A stretch of 57,598 nt of DNA from Reclinomonas americana ATCC 50394 (lineage: Eukaryota), in contig PS015068.1 of assembly GCA_048213135.1 (NCBI GenBank), positions 87,940 to 145,537 of the forward strand, given 5' to 3'. Under the pieces are notes generated by a model, which did not search any database, had not been told where the DNA came from, and saw nothing but the letters and a program-made list of their open reading frames with translations. The translations under genes were made by a program, and so were the position numbers. This document shows, piece by piece, positions 1-14,324 of the stretch (the stretch's first letter is position 1; every line of letters begins with the position of its first letter).

Positions 1-111
1 GTCCGTCCGTCCGTCGTTCGTTCGTTACCGTTCCGTACCGTACGACCGTACCGTACCGTACGTTACTTACTACGTACGTACGTCGTCGGTCGGTTCGGTC
101 GGTCGGCGCGA

Positions 112-112
<1 letters not shown>

Positions 113-183
<71 letters not shown>
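113..183. repeat. (CT)n microsatellite in a CFAP206 intron, preceded by TACG-like low-quality sequence
   Basis: Directly visible dinucleotide run. Confidence 0.9.
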
Positions 184-187
<4 letters not shown>

Positions 188-205
188 ATCACCGCCACCA
201 CACAG

Positions 206-1345
206 GGAGTGTCACCAGTGGAGGTGGCATACGTTGGTGCAGCCGTGCCCGGCGACCCCGATCTCGGTTACGTGGTGTGTGATGGACGTGCGTACGCTGT
301 GTCGTCGCCCGCGGCCATGTTGCGATTGTTTGCCAATGTGCAAGAGTTGAGTGGCAGCGACGATACTCGTGTGCCGTATCGCGAGAGTTTCCTCACTGAT
401 TGCATGCGACAGAATTTTGGATGGTGCTCTGCACAGTGTGGGCGCCGCACCGGAGCTCGTGGAGATTATGGGGCTCGAACAGGTGCTGTCTGCTGAAAAT
501 CATGTTTGTCGCGAATGTCCCCCGAGTCCTTCTCTCACCGCGATTGGTGCGACAGCTTGTGCCTGTGGAGGTGACGGTAGCAGACGACAGCTCCGAGCCA
601 TCGATTGCTGTCGACGATGCCAGCTCGGCGGTGCGTTCGGCCGCCGCCGGCGACGACGAATCCGCATCCGTCAATGGCAGCGCCGCCGGCGCCTCTTCCA
701 GCGGCCGCGATCTGTACCGCCCCGCACCGTCATCGACGGCCGGTGCTACCGTCAACTCGGCGTCCACGCGTGGTGCAGGACCCGACCCCAGCACTGCTGC
801 TGCTGCAGCAGCAGCAGCACAGCCATTGTACCAGCTGCCGCCGCAACAGTACGCGCAGCAAGTGCAAATGCAGGCACCGTCGGCGCCGAGTGCACCCACC
901 AAGTGCGACATGAGCACGGAGACGCCAACGCACTTTGTCGAGACCCACATTGATCCCACGTACCAGTACAATGAGTGGACAATGCGTCGGCGTGCGCTGC
1001 AGTTGGTACGTGGCAGCATGCGCCATCATTGACTCCAGCTGTTTCTAACGCACTGGTGCAACGCAGGCGGACCTGCGCACCAAGCGAACACACTCGACGC
1101 AGACCCACAAGAGTCACTTCCGTCGCGAGAACAGCTCGCAAGCCTGGCTGCCCAAGTTGCGTGAAAGGCATCATTTTTCCTTTGCCTGTCTTTCATCTCA
1201 ACATCGTGGTGGCCACAGGGAAAAGGGCGTGCAGACTGTCAAGGAGAAGCACATGCAGACGGAGAAGACGGTGCGTTACGTGCAGGGATTGCGTGGTGAT
1301 CCGGAGGCCAAGGTCAAGGTCGTCACGCTGACCTTTGACTTGTAA
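206..1345 (+). CDS. CFAP206: Cilia- and flagella-associated protein 206, 3' part (5 exons; 5' end lies outside the window)
   Basis: Hand-spliced peptide ...VPGDPDLGYVVCDGRAYAVSS...APELVEIMGL...ETPTHFVETHIDPTYQYNEWTMRRRALQLADLRTKRTHSTQTHKSHFRRENSSQAWLPK...YVQGLRG...LTFDL* matches the remembered CFAP206/C6orf165 C-terminus. Confidence 0.88.
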
Positions 1346-1661
1346 AAATCGATCGCAAAAAGAGAATGTACTACAATCGATATGGTTCGCGATTTTTTCT
1401 TTGCCATGGTTTACTCCGCAGAGGCCGGGGGAAAAATAGGTTGCACAAGCAAACACACTCATTCGTAAAGGCGAAAAAAGGTTCACAGGGAGGCGTGATG
1501 AATGGTTGACTGTCGACTGTACAGCGCACACATGGTGGCATCGCGAATGCACACAACGTGGCACGAACAAAAGGAGCACGGGATGAAAGATGAGTAGGAG
1601 GAGGAGGAGGAGAAAGAGAGAGAGGAAAGTTGACGAGAGCNNNNNNNNNNNNNNNNNNNNT

Positions 1662-3970
<2,309 letters not shown>

Positions 3971-4523
3971 TGTGTATGTGTGTGTGTAGCGGCGCCTGTG
4001 CGGGAAGACGAGCAGGAGTTGGGAAGAGAGTGAGAGTGAGTGAGTGGCGGACATTGCACACACACACACACAAACACAAGAACAAGATCACAGAGAGACG
4101 ATGGACGAAAGAGGCACACGAGAGGCAGACGATAGATCCCAACTGACACCACAGGAAGAGAGTGGAGGGGAGGGGGTCAAACCTTTGCGTGCAGAGAGAG
4201 GGGAAAAAGGTGAGTGAACAAATTCCGATGAGCCAACCGACCCATGATCGTGTCGTGAATTGCTGCATGAGCTTTGCCGATCATGCACTCAGCACGCACC
4301 CGTCGAAAATGAAGTGATGGGCGTGGTGGCCAAGAGACTCGATGAGGCAAAGGGGGCGATGGATGATAAGTCACAATATTTCTCTTGTTCAATGTGGTCA
4401 TCTGCCGCGTTCGAAAAATCGATTGCACGATCGCTCGCTCGTTCTTTGAGCATCGTGCCAGTGTGCATTCACTGATGAACCGAAGGCAGTTAAGCATCAG
4501 CCCCTCATGAAGGCACAAACGGT

Positions 4524-5608
4524 TCAATTTGCGACGGGATCGGCGACGAGCGCGACAAAGTGCATCTGGGAATGATACAGCTGTCAGTGCAATGTGAGGA
4601 ACACACGCACAGTGTACACAAACAAACACACGAACCATGCCGTGTGAGTGCACGATGAACAGGAATGGGCGGTCAGCGGTAAAGCGGAATGGCATGTACA
4701 TCAACGCCTCCGCAGCCTACGATGATCAAATTGTGGCGTCAGTCGTGCGCAGTCTTTGCCAGCACAATGTGAACACTCGCGATCGCGTACCGTGACTGCC
4801 GCAGCCTCCGCGCCCTCTTCGTTGCACTCAATGAGCACTCTGCAGATCGCAGGCGACACCTCGTAAGTACACAGAGTTGATATGTCGAGGTGGCATGCTC
4901 AAACCGTTGCACCACATCGGTCACTTGCAAGTCGCTCGGCTGATCTTGGAAGAGGTTACGGAAATCGGGGTTGGCGAAAAAGTCCTTCTCGTGCAGACCC
5001 ATGCTCAGAAGCAGGGGCTTGAGCGATGATTGGGTCTCGATCTTGAACCGCGGAAGTTGCACCGTGCCCGAGATTGGTGGCGTGAAGTCAATGCTGCTCA
5101 GGCCACCCTCCGCAAAGAAATCTCTGAGGAATTCCTTCAAGTCGGCAACACGAGGCACCACAACAGCGGCGGCAAACTCGCCGTCCTCGTACGGGAGGCG
5201 CACAGCCTGCGAGTACACACATGGGTGGAGAGGAAACGGAGAGAGGCAGGCAGGCATGCAGACAACTTGTATCACCAACCAGATACTCCCTTGTTTCTGC
5301 GTACTCAAACTCGCCAGAGACCGTCATCATGTTGACTTGCTTCTTTTCGCCACTGAGGAGGGAAAACAAGCCCAAATGTGTGGATTGCCTCTCGAATGCC
5401 ATCAACCACTTGCCCTTGAAGTAGACGGCAGAGAGCAAGGCGCACTCCACGCCCTCCGTGCTGTCCAGGATCGACGAAATATTGCCGTGCGTCTGCTCGG
5501 CACACCACGCGTTCGGGTTGTCGCCGACAAGGCACTTGGCTGTGCAGGCACGAAAGAGTCACGATTACAAAGAGTAGCCGAGCGAAAACTGGTGCGATGA
5601 AGTACGCG

Positions 5609-5675
<67 letters not shown>

Positions 5676-5678
5676 TCA

Positions 5679-5715
<37 letters not shown>

Positions 5716-6289
5716 CCCCATCACTTACAACGATAGTGGCGCTGCAGCATTGTCACGCACTCGGGCACCAACAGCTGTCCTTCGCGCACCCACACGGCCG
5801 TCGCCATCTCAATCACGGTGCTGGTGGACTGTGAGATGTGCTCCACTGACGCAAGCAGCTCGGAGAACTGAGAGAGAGGGAGGAGAGTGAGAGAATGGGA
5901 TGAGTGGATGCAACGAACTGTTCAACGCAACCAGCTCGTGGACGCTTTCGTCGCCCGCAGGCACACCAAGCAGACGAGCCAGTGTGTCGAGAGTGGCTCC
6001 ACGAGCACCAGGCAAGCACATGGCTGACGACATGCAGGAGGTGAGACGAGGGGAAAACACACACACACACACATACTCACACACTCACGGAGGAGAGCTC
6101 ACCCAGCGCGGTGTATAGACTCACGGGAGCGATCAGCTACGACGGAGGAGAGACTTGAGTGATGAGGTGGCGAGGTGCATTCTTCAACGCATGCATCACA
6201 CACACCGCATTCCCCGCCGGCTCCTCCAAGTGCTGCTTGGTGGTAGCGAAACCGAATGCCTTCACATGATCTGGTGCTTCATGCTGCAT
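4524..6289 (-). CDS. Serpin 1 (intracellular, no signal peptide)
   Basis: Spliced motifs LIAPVSLYTAL, SAVYFKGKW, LPRFKIE, hinge/RCL NEEGAEAAAVTAAEALMYMP and serpin signature FTADRPFLFIV. Start MQHEAPDHVK at 6289 is inferred. Confidence 0.93.
5609..5709. repeat. Compound (CT)n/(CA)n microsatellite in a serpin 1 intron
   Basis: Directly visible. Absent from the homologous intron of serpin 2. Confidence 0.9.
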
Positions 6290-6789
6290 CCCTGGTGGTC
6301 CACGCTCTCGCCTTTTTCTCTGCGGCAAAAATACTTGTCCTCCGAAGCCGAGCGATTCGCAGCTGCAGATTGCAGCAAGTGCTCTGATCGGTCTCTCTCG
6401 GCTTGCTCGCTCGCCCCTCGCGATGTATCCAAGTGCCAAAACTGACCGTGCAAACTTTTGCAAACCACAATCTTGGTTATGTCCACCATGTACAAAGACC
6501 GGCCGCGGTGTCGTAACATGGTCAGGTGGACTCGCAGCAATACTCAGGCAGTTGTATTATAGGTCAACAGAAGGCCATCTGTTCGAAACCTTCAAGATCA
6601 ATGGTGATCATCGCAGCGCTCGGCGATACCGAAGAGATGGCTGCTGTAATCACCACTGCCACACACACCACAGGTGATCATGATGAAAAGAAAAAGGGAA
6701 CAATCACTCGTGGTACCAGTAGCGGTATTAATTGATGGAGAGCTTGTTGGTGGTGCGTACTCTGCATCACACAACTGACTTCACGCACA

Positions 6790-8441
6790 TTACTCGACAG
6801 GATCGGCGACGAGTGCGACAAAGTGCATCTGCAGATGAAAGTGAGAAGAATTATCGATCGAGAGACAACCAATCCACGAACCATGCCGTGCGAGTGCACG
6901 ATGAACAGGAATGGGCGGTCAGCGGTAAAGCGGAATGGCATACATCGCGACATCACCACAGCCTGTACAACAAGAATGAGTCGCAGTGTTGCATGTGCAA
7001 GAGACAGCACACGATTACCACTCGCGTACCGTGGCTGCCGCGGCCTTCGTGCCCTCTTCGTTGCACTCGATGAACACTCTGCAGGTCGTAGGAAACCGGA
7101 GTTCAGAACACAGAGTTGACATCTCGGGGTGGCATGTTCAAACCGTTGAAACACATCGGTCACTTGCAAGTCGCTCGGCTGATCTTGGAAGAGGTTACGG
7201 AAATCGGGACTGGCGAAAAAGTCCTTCTCGTGCAGACCCATGCCCAGAAGCAGGGGCTTGAGCGAGGCTTGGGTCTCGATCTTGAATCGCGGAAGTTGCA
7301 CCGTGCCCTTGGCAGGCGGCGAGAAGTCAATGCCGTTGAGGCCACCCTCCGCAAAGAACCCTCTGAGGAACTCCTTCATGTCGGCGATGAGTGGCACCAC
7401 AATCGCAGCTGCGTACTCGCCGTCCTCGTACGGGAGGCGCACAGCCTGCGAGTACAAACTTGGTTGAATATAGAAATTGCACGAGATCGAGAGACGCAGA
7501 CGACATAGTTACCTCGTAGGTCGCCGTCTCCGCGTGCTCAAACTCCCCGGTAACCGTCATCATGTTGACCTGCTTCTCTCCTCCATTGAGGAGGGAGAAG
7601 TTGCCCGGTGCAGTGGATCGCTTCGCAAACGGCGTCGCCCACTTGCCCTTGAAGTAAACAGCAGAGAGCACCACGCATTCCACACCACGCATGTCTTCGA
7701 CGATAACGGGGATCTTGCCGTGCGTCTGCTCGGCGCACCACGCATTCGGGTTGTCGCCGACAAGGCACTTGGCTGCGCATGCATGCACGCAGTGATCATC
7801 AAGAATTGTTCCGATGGAGAAACTGTCGAACACACTTACCACGGTAGTGGCGCTGCAGCGTTGTCACACACTCGGGCACCAACAGCAGTCCTTCGCGCAC
7901 CCACACGGCCGTCGCCATCTCAATCACGGTGCTGGTGGACTGCGAGATGTGCTCCACTGATGCAAGCAGCTCGGAGAACTGAGAGAGAGAGGGAGGAGAG
8001 TGAGAGAATGGGATGAGTGGATGCAACGAACTGTTCAACGCAACCAGCTCGTGGACGCTTTCGTCGCCCGCAGGCACACCAAGCAGGCGAGCCAGCGTCT
8101 CAAGAGTGGCCTCACGAGCACCGGGCAAGCACATGGCTGACGTCACGCAGGAGATGAGTCAAGGGAACACATACACACACGCGTGCGCACTCACGGAGGA
8201 GAGCTCACCCAGCGCAGTGTACAGACTCACGGGAGCGATCAGCTGTGGCGAATGAGAGACTTGGGTGATGAGGTGGCGAGGGTGCATTCTTCAATGCATG
8301 CATCACACACACCGCATTCCCCGCGGGCTCCTCAAAGTGCTGCTTGGTGGCTGCGATACCGAATGCCTTCACATAGTCCGGTGCCTCACGCGCACCAGAG
8401 CCACACGCCGATCCACTTGCACGAGAGCCGCGAGCACCCAT
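6790..8441 (-). CDS. Serpin 2 (tandem paralog; inhibitory-type hinge)
   Basis: Same exon structure as serpin 1. RCL NEEGTKAAAATAVVMSRCMP then FTADRPFLFIV, ending ADPVE*. N-terminus MGARGS. Confidence 0.93.
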
Positions 8442-8668
8442 TCACTTCTCTCTTGAGTGTGAGTGTGATTGTGTGTGAAAATAGACAAAACTGAAAGCAC
8501 GCAATTCGTGGCGCCCGCGAGCGCGACTCGCACACTTCTCTTTCTGTTGCATGATGTGGCAGTTCGAGATCCTCGCAATCACTCCCTTCATGGCAGTTTT
8601 CGCCTGTCTCACACAACTTGAAGTTTTGCGCCAATCTTGCGCGTACACATGTACAAGCCTGCGATACA

Positions 8669-10342
8669 CTAGAAGCACTTTCGGCGCACAATTCGTGGTC
8701 CTTCATCGTCGTACTCGGCCTTGGTGATCCAGTTGGTTTGGAACGTTGACAGGGAGGTGAGCAGCGACCCACCAATCCAGGCGGCGTTGATGAGGTCCGG
8801 CGGCACCGCCAGCTTCAGCTTGGCAGAGGCTGGCGCAAGAGCAGTCATCTCCAGTTGCAAGCGCTCGGAGAAATCTGCTGGTCGTCGGTGAGACACACGA
8901 GAGAAGAGAGAAAGAGAGAAAAAGAAAGAAAATGAGAGAGAGAGAGAGAGAAGAGAGAGAAAGCCTTCTCTGCTTCTTTTCATCTGTTAACGCACTGGAA
9001 ACCATGCAGCTCCCGCCCGACAACACAACACAGCCAAACAGCTCGTTGCGCACGTCGCTGTCGCTGGCCATCACGGAGGCATGTGCCATTTCGTGGACGC
9101 CGTCATATTCCTTGCCGATCAGCGAGGGTTTGAACAGTACCTCGGCGCAGCGAAGTGCGTCGGCACCAACTGAGATTGATTGACCGTCGGGCATCTCGTA
9201 GCTTGTGTCGGCCACACCCGGCATTGCTCCTCCGTAGAGCGCCACACTCGCCATCTTCTCCTTCATGTCGCAGACAATGTCTTGTTCGGCCCTCGTGGCG
9301 AAGGTGTGACCTGCGGTCTCCAGGAGCTGTGTGGTGAACAAACGCGTTAGCGACACTCCGCGTGAACTAGTTCACAAATGTGGGAAATGGACACACCTCT
9401 TGCATGTAGGCGGTCACGTCACGGCCTGCCAGTGGCATCGTCTTGATGCCACTCCCCAGCGCGTAGCCGTCGTACACTGGCACGCATGTCGTCAAGCCGT
9501 GCCCTGAGTCGACAACGACACCAGTCATGTGGCCAGTCGCGTACAGGGAGAGCACGTTGGCAACTTGCACAAATGCAGCCGGTACGTTCAAGTTGTCGAA
9601 CAGGATGCTCACCACTGCACACGCAGTTGAGAATGCGGCACGCGCAGGCACCCACTATGCGCATGACGCAACTCCGCTCACGGTTCTCCGGCGCATTGAG
9701 AGCGGCATCGGTGAGCAGCACCGCATGCTCCTCTGGCGCGACGCGTAGCTCGTTGTAGAAGACAAAGTTCCAGATGCGCTCCATGTCATCCCAGTTCGTC
9801 ACTGCGCCGTCGACGACTGTCAGTCAGCAGTAAGTCACGGTGAGCACAAGCAAAGCACTAGAGCGCACCGAGGCCACGGTCGATGGGCTGTGAGAGACTC
9901 GATAGCCTGGAGGTGGTCAATGCCTCAGAGCCCACCACAGGTCCGGGACTGTGTGTGCGACCATCGTTGACGCACCCACAAGAACGTGAATGCCTGGAGA
10001 TAGCTCACCTGCCGACCAGCATTCGGAACACGGCACGTGGACTGTCATCGCCTGCAAAGCCGGCCTACAATCGCATGCATTGTGAGCGTTGCAGAGTGGG
10101 ATGGAGACAAGTCGCCAATGTACCTTGCACATGTCTGCACGGGCAGATGAGGAGGATTGGTGAGGCGAAGAGAACGTGTGATGTGTGATGTGTGTGTGAG
10201 AGAGAGGGAGGGAGGTGTTGCGCAACATGATCCATTGTCGACTGCAGAATTTGAAGGAGGAGAGGATGTGGGAGAATGGCACGCAGAGCAGAGCATCACT
10301 GTGTGGGAGTGCGCAACTCACGACGGGAACCACTTCGTCCAT
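8669..10342 (-). CDS. Divergent actin-like protein lacking the D-loop (9 exons)
   Basis: [30 protein letters not shown]...[12 protein letters not shown]...[17 protein letters not shown]...VVDSGHG...IVRRKCF*. The spliced frame is open and intron positions match actin A. Confidence 0.9.
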
Positions 10343-10509
10343 CTGAGCACTGTGTGAAGGGACTCACAGAAGGACCACTACACGAGCTCGGAAGAAGTTG
10401 GTGACGAAGCAGCGAGAGGGACGGGGACAACAACTCCATGCATTCATACATTGAATTCACTTCGAAGGTACAACAACAGCCAAGGCGGCTTGTCGCAGGC
10501 GGGTGCTCC

Positions 10510-12720
10510 TCACGCACACTTGCGGTGCACAATACTCGGGCCAGACTCCTCGAACTCGGCCTTGGTGATCCACACCGTCTCGGCAAAAGACGCAACAATC
10601 GAGCCACCAATCCACGCAGCGTACTTGCGCTCCGGCGGCGCCACCACCTTGACCCTCATGGCCGCTGGTGCGCGGGTATTCAGCTCTGTCTGCAGGCGCT
10701 CCGACATCCCTGTATGTGAAGGAAAAAGAGAGTGAGGGTGACAGAGATCATTGTCACATGTGCGTACTTTACACACCGTTGAACATGGTGTTGCCACCTG
10801 TTAGCACGACGTTGCCATACAACTCCTTGCGCAGATCCATGTCGCAGCATTGGATTGCACGAAACGTGGCGCAGTCGATGCCGTCGAGATCAAAGTGGCC
10901 ATCGATCAGCGACGGATTGAAAAGCGCTTCTGGGCAGCGGAAGCGCTCCGAGCCCACAGTGATGATCTGTCCATCTGGCAGCTCAAACGTGTCTGTNNNN
11001 NNNNNNNNNNNNNNNNNNNNNNNNNNNNNNNNNNNNNNNNNNNNNNNNNNNNNNNNNNNNNNNNNNNNNNNNNNNNNNNNNNNNNNNNNNNNNNNNNNNN
11101 NNNNNNNNNNNNNNNNNNNNNNNNNNNNNNNNNNNNNNNNNNNNNNNNNNNNNNNNNNNNNNNNNNNNNNNNNNNNNNNNNNNNNNNNNNNNNNNNNNNN
11201 NNNNNNNNNNNNNNNNNNNNNNNNNNNNNNNNNNNNNNNNNNNNNNNNNNNNNNNNNNNNNNNNNNNNNNNNNNGGGAGCCGACAGCCTCGAATAGGCAT
11301 CCGGGGCCACACTGCACAGCCTTTCCTTGAGGTCTCTGACAAAATCTTGAACAACCAAAGATCGCGCCGTTCGTGCTTGATCCGGGCAGCTCTCAGTCAC
11401 CATCTGCATGGCGAATGTCAAACGGAAATCTCAAGAGACAAAGAACTTGGTGACAGTAGCAGCGTCGACATCGCTCCACACTGGCGACTGATCTCGACCG
11501 AGTCGTACCTTCACCATAAAACTGGTCAAATCGCGGCCAGCCAGTGAAAACTTCTGAATGGTGTCCGGCAGCACGTTGCCGTTGTAGACTGGCACGCAGT
11601 GGGTCACACCGTCGCCAGAGTCGACCGCGATACCGGTGGTGCGTCCGGACACGAACACTGACATAGCAGCACCCATGCGCGTGCACATCGCCGACACGTT
11701 GAAGGTCTCGAACATGATGCGGGTCACTGCGGCGGTGGACGAAGTGTGATGAGCAAACAACGGGGGAGAAAAAGGGAGAGAGAGAACTGGAGGGAGAGGG
11801 GGGAGACGCAACTCTCCTCGCGGTTCCGCTTCGGGTTGAGCGGAGCTTCAGTGAGCAGCACGGGGTGCTCCTCCGGGGCCACACGCAGCTCGTTGTAGAA
11901 GGTGTGGTGCCAGATCTTCTCCATGTCGTCCCAGTTGCACACTGCGACCATGACGCGGTGAGTTGTGGTGCTTGCCTGAACCTCGGACGACGCAGACGAC
12001 TCACCAATGCCGTGCTCAATCGGGTACTTCATGGCCAGGATACCACGCTTGGCCTGGGCCTCGTCGCCCACGTAGGCATCCTTCGCGTTGGTGCCAATCA
12101 TGACGTTGACATGGCGCGGGCTGCACATTTCATTCAATAACAACCATATCCGGTGAGAATGACGACTTTTGGAAAAGCATGTAATATCTCACTCACCGGC
12201 CAACCACTGTCGAAAACTGGGTGCGAGGAGCGTCTTCACCACCGTATCCGGCCTGTGGGAGCACGTGAGATCAACTATTNNNNNNNNNNNNNNNNNNNNA
12301 TGAGCTGTCGACTAACACTGATCGCTATGGTGGCACAACACTTGTCCGGCATCTACTACATGTGGCTGTCTCTCACTCTCTACAACCCACACTATACCAC
12401 GACTGCACAGAAACACTTGCCTTAGTCACTCCTGTCGACCGACGCCAGGTCACGATGCAAACATCATTCAAGTCAGTTACCGCATAGGGGACAACAGGAG
12501 GTACAAACAAGAAACAATGTCACGATGCACTACGACAACGAAAGGAAGAGAGAAAGAGAGAGATGATGAACGATTGCGAAGTTGCAGCTACGCACCAGAG
12601 CCATTGTCGACTGCACAAAACAAGATGTCATACAAAATGCAATGTTGTCGTCAGACACACAAAACAAACGACCAGCAGCAGCAACTCAGACGCACTGACG
12701 AGTGACTGGAGATCTTCCAT
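10510..12720 (-). CDS. Actin B, divergent paralog (spans N gaps)
   Basis: [30 protein letters not shown]...YPIEHGI...[14 protein letters not shown]...SIVHRKCA*. No stop codon in the visible exons. Confidence 0.85.
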
Positions 12721-12981
12721 GGCAAACGTTCGTAAGGCTAGCGCAGGTACAACTCCACGAGAGGCGAGCGAAAGTCGGAAAAGAACAGAACAGAACAGAA
12801 CAGACAGACAGGACAGCAAACGATCGAGCTCGTTGTCTGCGCGCACAACACGACTCTCAAACAAACACCCACAACTCGGCAACGGCCGGCAAAACACGAC
12901 AGACAGCACCAACTCCCGCACTACGACTGACAGGATTCGTTCCCACCACGCGCACATCTATCAATATCTCTCGACGCTGTA

Positions 12982-13458
12982 CTACTCCTTCACGCATCTG
13001 GCCACATCCGCATGCCGCAGATTGGTCGACACCAACACACTCATAATGACATAAGTTGTGTAGTCCGACTGTGGCATGATCAGCGTGCTGCACGTAGCGT
13101 TACCGCCCCCCTCAGCATCGTCGTCAACGTCGGCGCCCAGCGCCAGCGTGTCGCCCAGCAGCGACATGTCGGTGGGGAACATGACATCGCACGCCTCCGT
13201 CTGCAGCAAAGAGTGCAGCACTTGCGTGACGCCATTCGACTTGCGCTGCATCACCGGTCCATTCGCTCCCGGCAGCGCACCCGTGAATTTCGTAAAGTCC
13301 ACCGCCACAAACGTCCGTCGTGACGCCAGTCGCGTCAGATTGCGCAGCACCGCAAAGGCGTGCGTGGGAGCGTACACCACATCGCTGCCGGAGAGCAGCG
13401 CATCGAACCAGCGCTTGAGATTGCGGAGCGCAGCTGCAGTAGTCGACAGCCGTCGCAT
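12982..13458 (-). pseudogene. Mini-NDUFAF7 copy 2 (presequence fused to the C-terminal half, with a further internal deletion)
   Basis: ORF MRRLSTTAAALRNLKRWFD...QSDYTTYVIMSVLVSTNLRHADVARCVKE*. Near-identical to 21480-21971 but lacks the FMREYADVQATQTRSGYNPLLH segment. Confidence 0.7.
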
Positions 13459-13578
13459 CCACACGCCAGTGACAAAAGCAAGATGTATGGAACAGGCTGA
13501 TTGCACTTCCCCCTCTCCGCCGCGCAGGTGAGATGAGAATGCGGCACGCGCAGGCACCCACTATGCACATGGCTCAAC

Positions 13579-14241
13579 TCCGCTCACGGTTCTCCGGTGC
13601 ATTGAGAGCGGCATCGGTGAGCAGCACCGCATGCTCCTCTGGCGCAACGCGCAGCTCGTTGTAGAAGACAAAGTTCCAGATGCGCTCCATGTCATCCCAG
13701 TTCGTCACTGCGCCGTCGACGACCGTCATTCAGCAGTCAGTCACGGTGAGCACAAGCAAAGTACTTGAGCGCACCGAGGCCACGGTCGATGGGCTGTGAG
13801 AGACTCGATAGCCTGGAGGTGGTCAATGCCTCGGAGCCCACCACAGGTTCGGGACTGTGTGCGACCATCGTTGATGCAACCACATGAATGTGCCTGCCAG
13901 GAGATCACACACCTGCCGATCAGCATTGGGAACACGGCACGTGGACTGTCGTCGCCTGCAAAGCCGGCCTGCAATCGCATGCATTGTGAGCGTTGCAGAG
14001 TGGGATGGAGACAAGTCGCCAATGTACCTTGCACATGTCTGCACGGGCAGATGAGGAGGATTGGGGGAGGCACAGAATGGGAGAGAGAAAGAGAGGGAGG
14101 GAGAGGGAGGGAGGTGTTGCGCAAAATAATCTAATGTCGACTGTGCGGTGAGAGAAGGGGAAAGATGCGGGAGAATGACATGCAGAGTGCAGCGGCACTG
14201 TACGGGAGTGCGCAACGCACGACGGGAACAACTTCGCCCAT
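13579..14241 (-). pseudogene. 5' half of the actin-like gene, truncated and degenerate
   Basis: Near copy of 9673-10342 that breaks off in the intron after ENRER. DNGS has become DIRL and the intron 2 donor is mutated to TTTGCG. Confidence 0.85.
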
Positions 14242-14324
14242 CTGCTGCGAATGGTTGAGCGCTGTGTGATGCTAAGCGACTCGCGGGATTTGGGACAACT
14301 CAAACATTCACTTCGATGGTGTAC

